From the NCBI GenBank assembly GCA_947177165.1, contig CAMWTP010000020.1, forward strand, positions 5,238 to 69,237: DNA of 64,000 bases, read 5' to 3'. This DNA comes from an uncultured Lachnospiraceae bacterium (GTDB lineage Bacteria > Bacillota > Clostridia > Lachnospirales > Lachnospiraceae). Of the stretch, positions 49,742 to 59,956 are shown in pieces (the stretch's first letter is position 1; the number at the start of each line of letters is the position of its first letter). A program made the translations under genes and the position numbers. Under the pieces are notes generated by a model. That model worked only from the letters and a program-made list of their open reading frames with translations, did not search any database and had not been told where the DNA came from.

Positions 49742-50424
49742 ACCATACCCTCCAAATTCTCTGAATGTAACCCGCCAAGTCCCCGCAGAATCAAATCTCC
49801 CGCAATTTTGATCTGCAGTGCCAGCGCCACCCGCTCGTCCGACAGGAGAATACTGCCATTGTAGGACAGCTTCTGCATCAGACTGAGCAGCATATGCATC
49901 ACCGAAAAATACACCTCGTCAACTGTGTACGGAAAATTCAGACTCCCATCCGCAAGTCCCTTTTCCAAGGCATCTGTCACATACGATTTCAAGTTCAGGA
50001 TTCCCTCCTCGTATTCCGCCAGCCGCTCCTTTGAAATCTGGTATTTCCGGACAAAAATATCAAACTCCTGCAGGAATTTCAGAAATGGACACTCCTCCCT
50101 GAAAAGATCCTCAAAAATGCGAAAGATGCACTGCAGCTGACCATATCCCCGCTTTCTCTGATAGTTTTCTTCCGACAGCACACCGACATACTTGTCTGAA
50201 ACCTTCTGCCAGTAGGCAATTCCCGCTGAGATCGCAAGCTCTGCTTTTGTCTCAAAATAACGATAGACTGTGGCTGGTCCCACATCTGCCGCTTTGGCGA
50301 TTTCCTCGACGGATGTATCCTCAATCCCTCTCTCACAAAAAAGTTCCAGTGCAGCATGAAGAATCTGCTGTGTGCGCTGTTCCATCTGCTGCTTCCGAAT
50401 CTGAGATTCTCCCACAAACAACAC
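49738..50424 (-). CDS. TetR/AcrR-family regulator
   Basis: ALELFCERGIEDTSVEEIAKAADVGPATVYRYFETKAEL; ATGA overlap with the MFS gene. Confidence 0.93.
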   Translation of the reverse strand: MLFVGESQIRKQQMEQRTQQILHAALELFCERGIEDTSVEEIAKAADVGPATVYRYFETKAELAISAGIAYWQKVSDKYVGVLSEENYQRKRGYGQLQCIFRIFEDLFREECPFLKFLQEFDIFVRKYQISKERLAEYEEGILNLKSYVTDALEKGLADGSLNFPYTVDEVYFSVMHMLLSLMQKLSYNGSILLSDERVALALQIKIAGDLILRGLGGLHSENLEGMV

Positions 50425-50449
50425 CCCCTTCTACTCACGAATTTTATTT

Positions 50450-50488
50450 TGTGATAGTAATACTATCACATTTTTAATTGAGCGTCAA
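50450..50488 (-). promoter_or_regulatory. Promoter with overlapping palindromic operator (probable TetR site)
   Basis: TTGACG-17-TAGTAT; perfect inverted repeat TGTGATAGTA-A-TACTATCACA (50450-50470) covers the -10 box. Confidence 0.75.
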
Positions 50489-50597
50489 GACAAGCAGCTG
50501 CGCGAAAAGTAACAGCAGTCTTGTCTTTTGCAGCATGAAAATGATATACTGATTATATAGCAGACACACTATCAAGTTGAAATAAAAGGAGACTACT

Positions 50598-51185
50598 ATG
50601 TTACCAGATCGAAACACAGCGGAAAATTTATTAAAAGACGCAGAACAATGCAACCCGGGAGCGTGGGTAAACCACAGCAAAATAACCGCCCGGTGCGCGG
50701 AACAGATTGCCGGAGCCTGCGCGGACATGGACAGCGAAAAGGCTTATATATTAGGTCTTTTGCACGATATCGGCAGAAAATTCGGTGTAAAACATATGGG
50801 ACATATCTATGACGGTTATCACTATATGCGGGAACTCGGCTACGATGAAGCTGCCAGAATCTGCCTGACGCACTCCTTCAGCATCCAAAACATCCACGAC
50901 TACATAGGTAATTTTGACATTAAAGATGACGAAGTCAGGGAGCTTGAGGAGGCGCTGGCCGCGACAGAATATGATGACTATGACCGCCTGATTCAGCTCT
51001 GCGACAGCATGGCGGGAGCTGAGGGCGTCATGACGATGGAGGCGCGCATGTCAGATGTAGCGCGCCGCTATGGAAACTATCCACAGGAAAAATGGGATAA
51101 AAATATGGCTTTGAAAGATTATTTCTCCGCGAAGGCCGGAAAAGACATCTACGAAATCGTGGAGTATCAGGAGACGATCCTATAA
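50598..51185 (+). CDS. HD-domain protein
   Basis: WVNHS, GLLHDIGR, ICLTHSF, LCD; AGGAG RBS. Confidence 0.9.
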   Translation: MLPDRNTAENLLKDAEQCNPGAWVNHSKITARCAEQIAGACADMDSEKAYILGLLHDIGRKFGVKHMGHIYDGYHYMRELGYDEAARICLTHSFSIQNIHDYIGNFDIKDDEVRELEEALAATEYDDYDRLIQLCDSMAGAEGVMTMEARMSDVARRYGNYPQEKWDKNMALKDYFSAKAGKDIYEIVEYQETIL

Positions 51186-51226
51186 CGTCCTTTTCCATCC
51201 TTACACAGACATATCGGTCCCAAAAT

Positions 51227-51271
51227 ATATAAAAACCAGACAAATACAGGTCTTTTGTCTGGTTTTTATAT
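51227..51271. terminator. Bidirectional terminator between the HD gene and smpB
   Basis: ATATAAAAACCAGACAAA ... TTTGTCTGGTTTTTATAT. Confidence 0.85.
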
Positions 51272-51287
51272 AACTGTACCTTGTTGG

Positions 51288-51755
51288 TCACAGATTCTTC
51301 ACCTTAAACTCGCGCTCTGTCTCGCGCCGCGCGTCCTTCCTGGCAATGTCGTCACGCTTGTCATACAATTTCTTACCACGCGCAAGTCCGATCTCCACCT
51401 TCGCCCTGCCATTGGAAAAATATACCTGGAGCGGCACCAATGTATATCCTTTTTCTTTGATTTTTCCTAACAGCTTATTGATCTCCTGCTTGTGCAGTAA
51501 CAGTTTCTTAACCCGCAAAGGATCCTTGTTAAAAATATTTCCTTTCTCATAGGGAGAGATATGCATGCCGTACACAAAAACTTCGGCGTTTTCAATGCGG
51601 ACAAACGCCTCCTTGATGCTGCACTTTCCCATGCGCAGTGACTTGACCTCCGTGCCATGGAGCGCAATGCCGCACTCGTATTTCTCCTCTATAAAATAAT
51701 CATGATACGCCTTCTTGTTGTTGGCAACCAGCTTCATTGCCTCACTCTTTGCCAT
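51288..51755 (-). CDS. smpB: SsrA-binding protein
   Basis: [30 protein letters not shown]. Confidence 0.98.
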   Translation of the reverse strand: MAKSEAMKLVANNKKAYHDYFIEEKYECGIALHGTEVKSLRMGKCSIKEAFVRIENAEVFVYGMHISPYEKGNIFNKDPLRVKKLLLHKQEINKLLGKIKEKGYTLVPLQVYFSNGRAKVEIGLARGKKLYDKRDDIARKDARRETEREFKVKNL

Positions 51756-51797
51756 TATGCACCCTTCTTTCATAATAATCTCCATTCCGCCGCCTTC

Positions 51798-53924
51798 CTA
51801 CGGAATGACAAAATCGATCGTCCTCAATATCTTATCTGTCGCATTGACCCGTACCTTCAGCGTCTGACCAAGCTTGTAGCGGGTATCCGTCGCCTGTCCC
51901 ACCATCTCGTACGTCTCCTCGTCATAGTAAAAATAGTCCCCCGGCAGCATGGACACATGAATCATGCCTTCGATCGTATTGGGAAGCTCCACATACACGC
52001 CCCATGCTGTGATAGAGGAAATAACACCCTCGTATATCTCGCCGATATGTCCTTCCATAAATTCAACTTTCTTGAGCTTGTCCGTCTCGCGCTCCGCCTC
52101 GTCCGCGCGCCGTTCCATCTCGGAAGAATGTTTTGCCACCTCCGGCAGAATTTCGTTGTAATGGTCAATGCGCTTCTCATTCAGCTTTCCGCGAATCTGC
52201 TCTTTGATGATGCGATGGATCTGCAGGTCCGGATAACGCCTGATCGGCGACGTGAAATGACAGTAATACTGGCACGCCAGCCCAAAGTGCCCTGTACAGT
52301 TTATCGTGTATTTCGCCTGCTTCATACTTCTCAGCGTCAGTCTGCTGATCAGCGCCTCCTCCGGCGTATCCTCAATCTTTGCCAGCAGCTTCTGTAATTC
52401 CTTGGGATGAATCTCCTCCTGCTTGTTCTTGATGGAGTATCCAAAATTCCGGATAAACGTGCTGAGTTTGCTGATCTTTTCCGGATCCGGATTGTCATGC
52501 GTCCGATACACAAACGGCAGCTCCATCCAGTGAAAGTGCTCCGCAACCGTCTCATTGGCAATCAGCATGAAATCCTCTATGATCTTTGTCGCCACATTTC
52601 GCTCATAAGGCTTGATCTCGATCGGATGCCCCTGTTTGTCGAGAATGATCCTGCTCTCTGGAAAATCGAAATCAATGGAACCTCTCTTTTTGCGTTTCTC
52701 GCGCAGTATCCCCGCAAGTTCCCGCATCAGTCCGAACATCGGCACAAGCTCCTCATACGCTTTGATCTCCGCCTCATCTTTGTCCTCCAGTATTTTTCTG
52801 ACACTCGTGTAGGACATGCGCCGATCCACTTTGATCACAGACTCAACGATCTCATGGCTCACAACCTCCCCCTTTTTGTCAATTGTCATCAGACAGCTCA
52901 ACGCCAGACGGTTTTCCCCTGCATTCAGGGAACAGATACCGTTGGAAAGCTTATGCGGAAGCATGGGAATCACCCTGTCCACCAGATAGACACTTGTCCC
53001 GCGCTCCCTTGCCTCCCAGTCCAGCGCGGAATTCTCCTGCACATAGTTGGTCACATCCGCGATATGCACACCCAGCTGGTACAATTCGCCGTCTCTGGTC
53101 AGGCTGACCGCATCGTCGAGATCCTTCGCATCCTCCCCGTCGATCGTCACCATCTGTACATCGCGCAGGTCACGCCGCCCCGCCATATCCGCCTCGGACA
53201 CTTCACCTGCCACCCGCTCTGCCTGATGCATGATCTTTTCGGAAAATTCAATCGGCAGCTCATAACCTTTTACAATCGACATGATATCCACGCCGGGATC
53301 ATTGACATGACCTAAAATCTCTGTGATCCTGCCCTCTGGTTTCCGGTTATTCCTGCCATAGTCTGTTATCTCGCAGACAACTTTATGTCCTGACACGGCC
53401 CCCTTGGAGCGCTCCACCGGAACAAAAATATCCTCGCTGATTTTCGTATTATCCGGGATAACAAAGCCATAATTCTTATTGCTCTTGTCATAGATTCCTA
53501 CGATCTGTCTCATGCCCCTTGCAAGAATCTCTATGACCTGTGCCTCCTGGCGTCTGCCATTGTGTCCCGACAACAGCGATACCTTGACCGTATCCTTGTG
53601 GAAAGCCCCGTTCACACAATTCTCAGGGATATACAGATCTTCATCCCTTCCATCGATCTCAACAAATCCGAAGCCCTTTGGATGACTGATAAATGTACCG
53701 GTCAGCTCCTTGTCCGAATGCTTCGCCTTGACAAATTTTCCCTTTTTGGTGAGCGAGAGTTTTCCTTCCGCCAGCAGCTCATTTAAGATGCGGTTCAGCT
53801 CCCCCCTGTCCTCCTTCGAGACCTGCAGCATGACCGCAAGCTCCTTCTCTTTCATCGGCACATAAAACTCCGACGACACCAGATCCATAATCACCTTTTT
53901 TCTCTTATCTGTCATCCTGTCCAC
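51798..53924 (-). CDS. rnr: Ribonuclease R
   Basis: HPKGFGF, TIDGEDAKDLDDAVS, HFTSPIRRYPDL, C-terminal S1 domain; secG-rnr-smpB synteny. Confidence 0.97.
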   Translation of the reverse strand: MDRMTDKRKKVIMDLVSSEFYVPMKEKELAVMLQVSKEDRGELNRILNELLAEGKLSLTKKGKFVKAKHSDKELTGTFISHPKGFGFVEIDGRDEDLYIPENCVNGAFHKDTVKVSLLSGHNGRRQEAQVIEILARGMRQIVGIYDKSNKNYGFVIPDNTKISEDIFVPVERSKGAVSGHKVVCEITDYGRNNRKPEGRITEILGHVNDPGVDIMSIVKGYELPIEFSEKIMHQAERVAGEVSEADMAGRRDLRDVQMVTIDGEDAKDLDDAVSLTRDGELYQLGVHIADVTNYVQENSALDWEARERGTSVYLVDRVIPMLPHKLSNGICSLNAGENRLALSCLMTIDKKGEVVSHEIVESVIKVDRRMSYTSVRKILEDKDEAEIKAYEELVPMFGLMRELAGILREKRKKRGSIDFDFPESRIILDKQGHPIEIKPYERNVATKIIEDFMLIANETVAEHFHWMELPFVYRTHDNPDPEKISKLSTFIRNFGYSIKNKQEEIHPKELQKLLAKIEDTPEEALISRLTLRSMKQAKYTINCTGHFGLACQYYCHFTSPIRRYPDLQIHRIIKEQIRGKLNEKRIDHYNEILPEVAKHSSEMERRADEAERETDKLKKVEFMEGHIGEIYEGVISSITAWGVYVELPNTIEGMIHVSMLPGDYFYYDEETYEMVGQATDTRYKLGQTLKVRVNATDKILRTIDFVIP

Positions 53925-54069
53925 CCCTGTCTATATCCCATATCGGGCGGGGACGTGTCTCCCGCCCTCGCCTGGCACTACCGTCATGATTTACAAAACT
54001 CTATCTCCCATGCTAAAATCTGTCATACATGATTTCTGCCGCTTCTCAGAGCGCGCGCATACTACGAAA

Positions 54070-54094
54070 AAACACTCTTAGTACAAGAGTGTTT
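54070..54094 (-). terminator. Terminator after secG
   Basis: AAACACTCTT-loop-AAGAGTGTTT followed by T residues on the minus strand. Confidence 0.7.
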
Positions 54095-54122
54095 CGTGGT
54101 TTCATCTTAAATATATCATCAG

Positions 54123-54359
54123 TTAAAAATTGATATTTAAAACGATTGCAAGCAGCATAAATACAATACCCAGAATCTTGGTAAACTTGACAAGCGCCCC
54201 CTCCATGGAACGTCCCTTGTTCTTGCCCCAATAGGTCTCAGCCGCACCGCTGATCGCACCAAGCCCTGCAGATTTGCCTTCCTGCATCAAAACAATCACT
54301 GTAAAAACGATAGAAACTACTATTAAAATGCACATAAGAACGATTCTTAACGCTGCCAT
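54123..54359 (-). CDS. secG: Preprotein translocase subunit SecG
   Basis: Two TMs flanking VLMQEGKSAGLGAISG. Confidence 0.95.
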   Translation of the reverse strand: MAALRIVLMCILIVVSIVFTVIVLMQEGKSAGLGAISGAAETYWGKNKGRSMEGALVKFTKILGIVFMLLAIVLNINF

Positions 54360-54483
54360 CTTCACACCTCCTCATTGACAACATACAATCTTCTCTACAA
54401 TCAAAAGTTCACTAAAAAACAGTCTATCATACCTCAATGCATATTTCAACTATTTTTTGCTTGTCAACTTATCACTGCAACCT

Positions 54484-57400
54484 CTAGACATTCCGGCCAT
54501 CCTTTTTCTTCAACAGCTGTGAAGTATCCAAGGTCTGCCCAGACTGGTTGGGCTTCTTTTGTTTTTTCTGTCTTTTCTCCTTTTTTGCTGCTTTTGATGT
54601 CTGCACTTCTTCCATTTCCAATACCTGCATCATCTGATCCGCCCGCACTGTACTGCCGCCCTGCGTTCCCTGAACCGCGTTCTCATCAGACTGCTGCGCC
54701 TTTCTTCCCTTTCCCCCTGCTAATATTGGAATCCGTTTCGGCACATACTGGAACCGCCGCATCGCCACATCGGCGAGAAACAGGCAGACCGCGAGCGCCA
54801 GAAGCCAGTTCGTCAGAGGATAGCTCTCCCTCGCCTTTGTGGAAAGCCGTGTCCAGACTGAATCCTGCTCTGTGATTATTCTGCCGTACTGCTCCGCAAA
54901 GCGGACATAAGAATCCGCACTCACATCAAACTTGTATTCGTCCGAAAACTGCACTGCCGCCGCGGTGGTCATATAGTTCTGTATCTCCCCGCCTTCTGTT
55001 CGGCGTATATTAAAGTGATATAATCCTGTCTGCGGTGTGGACAGCTCCGCTGTGTATTTGCCCGGTGCTGTCGCACGAAGCTTCTCCTCCGTCACATCCC
55101 CTTCCGGGTTTATGACTGTCACCAGAATCTCTGTCGCACTGCCATAGTCGCTGGTCTGATAGTCCACCTCTGTCCGCTCACCGACTGTCACCACATTCAC
55201 ACTGTCCTCGCCCATGCCTGCATTTCCAGTGGAATAATCCACGATGCGCTTCCACAGCTGTACATAGTCCTCCTGTCCGGCAAAGCCACCCGTCCACTCG
55301 CCGGTGACATCGCTGTTCCATGCAGCAGTCCTGCCCAGTCCATACTGCCATACCGTCAAAATCGGATCACCCTTCTCGCCGGACACAATCACCGGGCTGG
55401 AAGCGGTCTTGGGCGTCGCGGAAATATATCCATAAAGCGCCGGCCAGCCATTTGGAAACAGACTGTTCGTCAGCTCATGCCCCTGCTGCGCAGACAAGGA
55501 AAAGACACCATTCTGAATATAGCTGTCTCCCCCCAGGAAAACCTCCTGCGCAAAAATCTTCGGAATGTCGCTGGACTCGTCCGAATAATAATATCTGCCG
55601 CCGCATTGGTCTGCCAAGTATCCCAGCAGCCTCGTATCTGAACCGTCGCCCACTGCCACAGTGGACAGCGTGATATCACTGTCCGCACAATCGCTGATCA
55701 CATCCGAAAAATTGTCTGTCTCTCCCATACCATCTGTCAAAAGCACAATGTGCCTGATCGACGCCTCGCTCCCGGCAAGCACCCTGACTGCTTCCTGCAG
55801 TGCAGGCTTGATCGTCGTGCCGCCGCCGTCGCTGATTTGCCTGATCTGGTCCTTAATCGCCGCTTTGTCATCTGCCAGCCTGAGCGCAACCTGCCATTTG
55901 TACTGGTCATCAAAAGTCAGAATGCCCACATAGTCAGAGTCATTGAGATTGTCCACTGCCACCTCAGACGCCCTGACCGCAATGTCCAGATTGCTGATAT
56001 GAGAATTCCCCGCACTGCCCGTCATACTGCCAGAGCGGTCGATCACCATGACCATTGCCATCGTCGGCATCTCATTCACACCCCGGAGCTGCATGTCCAC
56101 AGGCAGCACTGTCTCCAGTACCGTATCCCGGTAACCGCCCAGCGCAAAGCTGTCCTCGCCGCCGCAGCAGACAAAACCGCAGCCGTAATCCTTCACATAC
56201 GTCTCCAGATTGTCCAGAAACTTCTCCGGTAAATCGTCAATGTACGTATTCACCAGGATAATCGATTTGTAATCCAGCATATCATTGATATTTTCCGGTG
56301 CATTCCGCGCAGAGACTACATTGTAATCGCAGCCCGCCGCACGCAGCACAGCGGCAAATTCAGTTACGCTGACATTCCGCCCCGAGATGACCAAAACCTT
56401 GGGCGGCGTCTCCACCACAGAGTATGCGCTGAAAAAATCATTCTCCTGACAGGTATCGCCCTGTGCCTGCACCTGCACGCGCAGACTCTCTGTCGCGCCG
56501 CTGTCCGTATCGGCATCTACTTGTGCGCTGAACACAAAACGGTTGCTTCCCTTGTTCAGATGCACGCTGTTCGCCGCAGTCTGTCTGCTCCCATTGTAGA
56601 GTGCGATCACCGCATCGGTATCGTAATTACTCTCCACCAGCACTGTGACCGAATACTTGTCACCGGGGTGCAGGTACGCCGGAAGCGTGACATTGTCAAC
56701 ATAGGCATCGGGCGTCTCCTCATTTTCGTACAACAATGTCAATAGCTCTGCCTGACCTGCCGTCAGCGCCTGCGCCATATTGCGGATATCGCCCCGCGTC
56801 TCCCTGCCGTCTGTGAGTACTACAAGCCGCTTGCTGTACTCCCCCGGAATCAATGTCAGCGCCTTGGAAACAGCCTCCTCAAAGTTCGTCGCCGCCTTGT
56901 CCGGAAGTGTCATCAACCCGCCATAGTACCGCTCTGCTGTCAGAAACTGCTCGACAAGCGTATCCTTTCCGAAGGTCACAATACCATACGCATTCCCGGA
57001 AGGCATCTCCGCAATCGTCTCCTGCAGATACTTCTCCGCCTCGTCGAGATGCTCCTCATTGCTGTTGGAAAGATCCACCACAAAGACCGTCGCGGTCTTG
57101 CCGCTGCCCCTGTAAATCCGTATGCCAAAAAAAGCCAGCAGCACACACAAGAACACAATACCGCGCACAATCAGATAAAATTTCCCCTGATAACGCATCT
57201 GACGCACATAGACAATCCACTCAGCCACCAAAAATGCCAATACCAACAGGATAAAAATATTCCTGACGGTCTGTCTCACCTTCTGCTGGTGCACTGCGGC
57301 AGAGCTGTTTTCCGGAAGACTTTCCATATCAGCTTGTATTCTTCCGTCGGACTCTGTGGCCGTCTGGAAACGCACCACATAATTTTCCTGATAATCCTCG

Positions 57401-59061
57401 TTTCCAATCGTGTACAGACCAGCCCTGTCCGGCCGGCTCTCAAACTGGCTCCTGTCAAGCTCCGCCCACGGCTGCAGGGCAATCTCCTCACCCGCATAAT
57501 AGACATTGGCGGCAAGCCATGAGGTATCCGAGAGATAGATCATGGCGTTTGCCAGAAAGACCGGAAACTCCGCGCGCAGCGGGAAATCGGACTCCCGTAT
57601 GTCAAACCCGACGACTATCTCCTTCCTGTCATCCAGCTCCCTGTAATATCCGACACACTTTCCGTCGTACTCCAAAAAGCTCTTCGCCCCCTCTGGAAGC
57701 GCAAAACAGTACGCAGTATTCACACCGATTGCAAAACCAGACAACCCGGCTGTCAGATCACAGTCCGTCATATCCAGCACCACATTTTCCAGTGTCTCTG
57801 TGACATCTCCCCCAGCGCTGCCGAAAACCAGCCGGTTCGTTCCCGCTGTCTGCGGTGTCTGACCCGCGTCATAGATCACGACATTATAGCCCTGCTCCTT
57901 GAACGGCGTTCTTGGGTTCAACAATGCCTCTAACGAATCATCCGAATCTGACAATGCGGCCGCATCTGTCTTTGCCTTGACAATGCTCTCCCCTGTGACG
58001 GCGAGATACGCTTTCTCGATGAATGTGTTCCCATCCCCGACAAGCAGCCCCCGCATCAGGTTCTCCCGACTTTTCACCGCCGATGAATCGTTGTCGCGTG
58101 CAAGGCTGTCCGCCGCTTTGTCGGAAAATGTGATTTTATCGATTCGGGAGGTAAGCGTTCTCCCCCGCCAGTCCACCCCTTCAAAAAAACAAATCCTGCT
58201 CTCAGAGGGCGCTAAATTCATCGATGTCAGCGCGATCAGTTTCTTGTCATAGCTCTCATCATCATATAAGCTGACATCAAACGAAACCTCCCCGTCGCTG
58301 TAATTTGCGATACTCACCATCACGTCATACAGGCCGTCCTCGCGGCTGGAAAATGCGGTGTATTCGTTCGCAACATTGGAAGTTGCATCCCCTGCCACAT
58401 ACAACTCCTTTTCCGCATTGCTGCGCAGCTCCCCAAACGCAGCTGCACCTGCTCCGTCCGTGTAGACAAGCACATCCGCGGCATTCTCATCATCGGAAGC
58501 ATCCTGATCTGCAACAGTTCCGGCTACTGTGTCCAATGCCGCCTGCGCCTGTGTGAGACTTCCGCCGCTGTCACTGCACGTTATTCCCTGCAATGTGCGC
58601 ACCAGACTGTCCGCGTCTGCGATATCAACTGCCAGAAGTTTTGCGCCCGTGGCATCCACTGTCACAACAGAAAAGCGAGTGTCCTGCGCTGTCCGCACAT
58701 AATCACACGCCTGCTCCACTGCCTCCTCGAGACGGCTCTTTCCCGAATCGCCCACATGCTGCATGCTGGCGCTGGTGTCGATCAGCAATACCTTTCTCCC
58801 GCCGCTGCGTCCATTGATCTGAATAAACGGCGACATCAGCGCAACCACCAGCAGCACTATGATCAAAATCTGCAGATACATGAGAATGTTGTGCACAAAC
58901 TTCTCAAAAAATGTGCGTGACTGTTCGTTTTTCAGCAGCTTTTTCCACAAAAGATTGGAGGAGATCAGATAGTCTGTCCCCTTTGGCTTCAGCAAATATA
59001 AGATTATAATAACCGGAACCGCCGCCAGAAAAAACAGCGGCCATAAACTCTCAAATATCAT
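54484..59061 (-). CDS. Large membrane protein: BatA-like N-terminus, three vWA domains, glutamine-amidotransferase-like domain
   Basis: PVIIILYLLK...SSNLLW (BatA-like); MIDAS motifs DTSAS, DLSNS, DRSGS; GGEDSFALGGY..T.LE..LPV; WQYGLGRTAAW; internal and C-terminal TMs. Confidence 0.9.
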   Translation of the reverse strand: MIFESLWPLFFLAAVPVIIILYLLKPKGTDYLISSNLLWKKLLKNEQSRTFFEKFVHNILMYLQILIIVLLVVALMSPFIQINGRSGGRKVLLIDTSASMQHVGDSGKSRLEEAVEQACDYVRTAQDTRFSVVTVDATGAKLLAVDIADADSLVRTLQGITCSDSGGSLTQAQAALDTVAGTVADQDASDDENAADVLVYTDGAGAAAFGELRSNAEKELYVAGDATSNVANEYTAFSSREDGLYDVMVSIANYSDGEVSFDVSLYDDESYDKKLIALTSMNLAPSESRICFFEGVDWRGRTLTSRIDKITFSDKAADSLARDNDSSAVKSRENLMRGLLVGDGNTFIEKAYLAVTGESIVKAKTDAAALSDSDDSLEALLNPRTPFKEQGYNVVIYDAGQTPQTAGTNRLVFGSAGGDVTETLENVVLDMTDCDLTAGLSGFAIGVNTAYCFALPEGAKSFLEYDGKCVGYYRELDDRKEIVVGFDIRESDFPLRAEFPVFLANAMIYLSDTSWLAANVYYAGEEIALQPWAELDRSQFESRPDRAGLYTIGNEDYQENYVVRFQTATESDGRIQADMESLPENSSAAVHQQKVRQTVRNIFILLVLAFLVAEWIVYVRQMRYQGKFYLIVRGIVFLCVLLAFFGIRIYRGSGKTATVFVVDLSNSNEEHLDEAEKYLQETIAEMPSGNAYGIVTFGKDTLVEQFLTAERYYGGLMTLPDKAATNFEEAVSKALTLIPGEYSKRLVVLTDGRETRGDIRNMAQALTAGQAELLTLLYENEETPDAYVDNVTLPAYLHPGDKYSVTVLVESNYDTDAVIALYNGSRQTAANSVHLNKGSNRFVFSAQVDADTDSGATESLRVQVQAQGDTCQENDFFSAYSVVETPPKVLVISGRNVSVTEFAAVLRAAGCDYNVVSARNAPENINDMLDYKSIILVNTYIDDLPEKFLDNLETYVKDYGCGFVCCGGEDSFALGGYRDTVLETVLPVDMQLRGVNEMPTMAMVMVIDRSGSMTGSAGNSHISNLDIAVRASEVAVDNLNDSDYVGILTFDDQYKWQVALRLADDKAAIKDQIRQISDGGGTTIKPALQEAVRVLAGSEASIRHIVLLTDGMGETDNFSDVISDCADSDITLSTVAVGDGSDTRLLGYLADQCGGRYYYSDESSDIPKIFAQEVFLGGDSYIQNGVFSLSAQQGHELTNSLFPNGWPALYGYISATPKTASSPVIVSGEKGDPILTVWQYGLGRTAAWNSDVTGEWTGGFAGQEDYVQLWKRIVDYSTGNAGMGEDSVNVVTVGERTEVDYQTSDYGSATEILVTVINPEGDVTEEKLRATAPGKYTAELSTPQTGLYHFNIRRTEGGEIQNYMTTAAAVQFSDEYKFDVSADSYVRFAEQYGRIITEQDSVWTRLSTKARESYPLTNWLLALAVCLFLADVAMRRFQYVPKRIPILAGGKGRKAQQSDENAVQGTQGGSTVRADQMMQVLEMEEVQTSKAAKKEKRQKKQKKPNQSGQTLDTSQLLKKKDGRNV

Positions 59062-59956
59062 ATAACTTTCTCAGCTCCTGAAAAATCAGTTGGTAAATGT
59101 CCGTCTCCGTACTGCACACCGCGTAAAACGCCCCCCTTCGGGCACACTCCTGCCGCAGCCGCGACAAGAAATCCTGCACCGCCTGCTCGTACACGCGAAT
59201 ACTCCCGGCATCCAGCGTCAGGCGCAAGGTACTTTTTTCCTCCATGTCAATCAGGTTGCGCGTACCCGTAAGCTCTGCGGAACGCCCTGCGGAGAGCTCC
59301 TCCCCCGCCAATATATGCAGAAATGCCGTCTTCTGTCTCCTGTAGTCCAGAAAACGCAGAATCTTCCCTGCCGTCTCCTGCTCCCGGGCAGAATCCACAA
59401 AAGACTCCTGCAGAAAGTCACTGATAATCAGGGTCACTCCCGGTCCCTTCATCGGAAGTTGTCTGACAGCTTCACTCACATCTACCGTTCCGTCAAAAGA
59501 GCGCTGTGACAGCCAGTCTGTGAGCTTCGGCAAGGCGCGCTTCCCGCCGCCGGCCGCAAAGGGCTGCTGCATCTGCTGCATATCATAGAGCATCACGCGG
59601 TCCATATGGTTGAGTCCCATATAGGCAAACGCAGCCGCCAACACACAGGCGCGCTCACTCTTCTTGTGAACTCCATAATCCATGGAAGCGCTGGTATCGA
59701 TTAATATGGAAACAACTGCTTCCTTCTCCTCCATGTACTCTTTCACATACAGCCTGTCAAGCCGCCCATAGGCATTCCAGTCGATGCGCCGTATGTCGTC
59801 ACCGGGCATGTACTCCCGAAAATCCGAGAACTCTGTGGAAGATCCCTTCTGTGTCGATTTGCGGTTTCCTGTCAGATTCATGGAAGCCCTGTGCCCCATC
59901 GCCAGCCGCAGCCGGGAGAGCCTGTCAAAAAAAGCAGCATCCAGTGTCATCGTCAT
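59051..59956 (-). CDS. DUF58-domain protein
   Basis: GSSTEFSDFREYMPGDDIRRIDWNAYGR, IDTSASM, IISDF. Confidence 0.93.
   Translation of the reverse strand: MTMTLDAAFFDRLSRLRLAMGHRASMNLTGNRKSTQKGSSTEFSDFREYMPGDDIRRIDWNAYGRLDRLYVKEYMEEKEAVVSILIDTSASMDYGVHKKSERACVLAAAFAYMGLNHMDRVMLYDMQQMQQPFAAGGGKRALPKLTDWLSQRSFDGTVDVSEAVRQLPMKGPGVTLIISDFLQESFVDSAREQETAGKILRFLDYRRQKTAFLHILAGEELSAGRSAELTGTRNLIDMEEKSTLRLTLDAGSIRVYEQAVQDFLSRLRQECARRGAFYAVCSTETDIYQLIFQELRKLYDI

Noticed and set aside
51186-51290. tmRNA gene next to smpB
   Set aside because: Only a bidirectional terminator is present; there is no space or tRNA-like end for ssrA.
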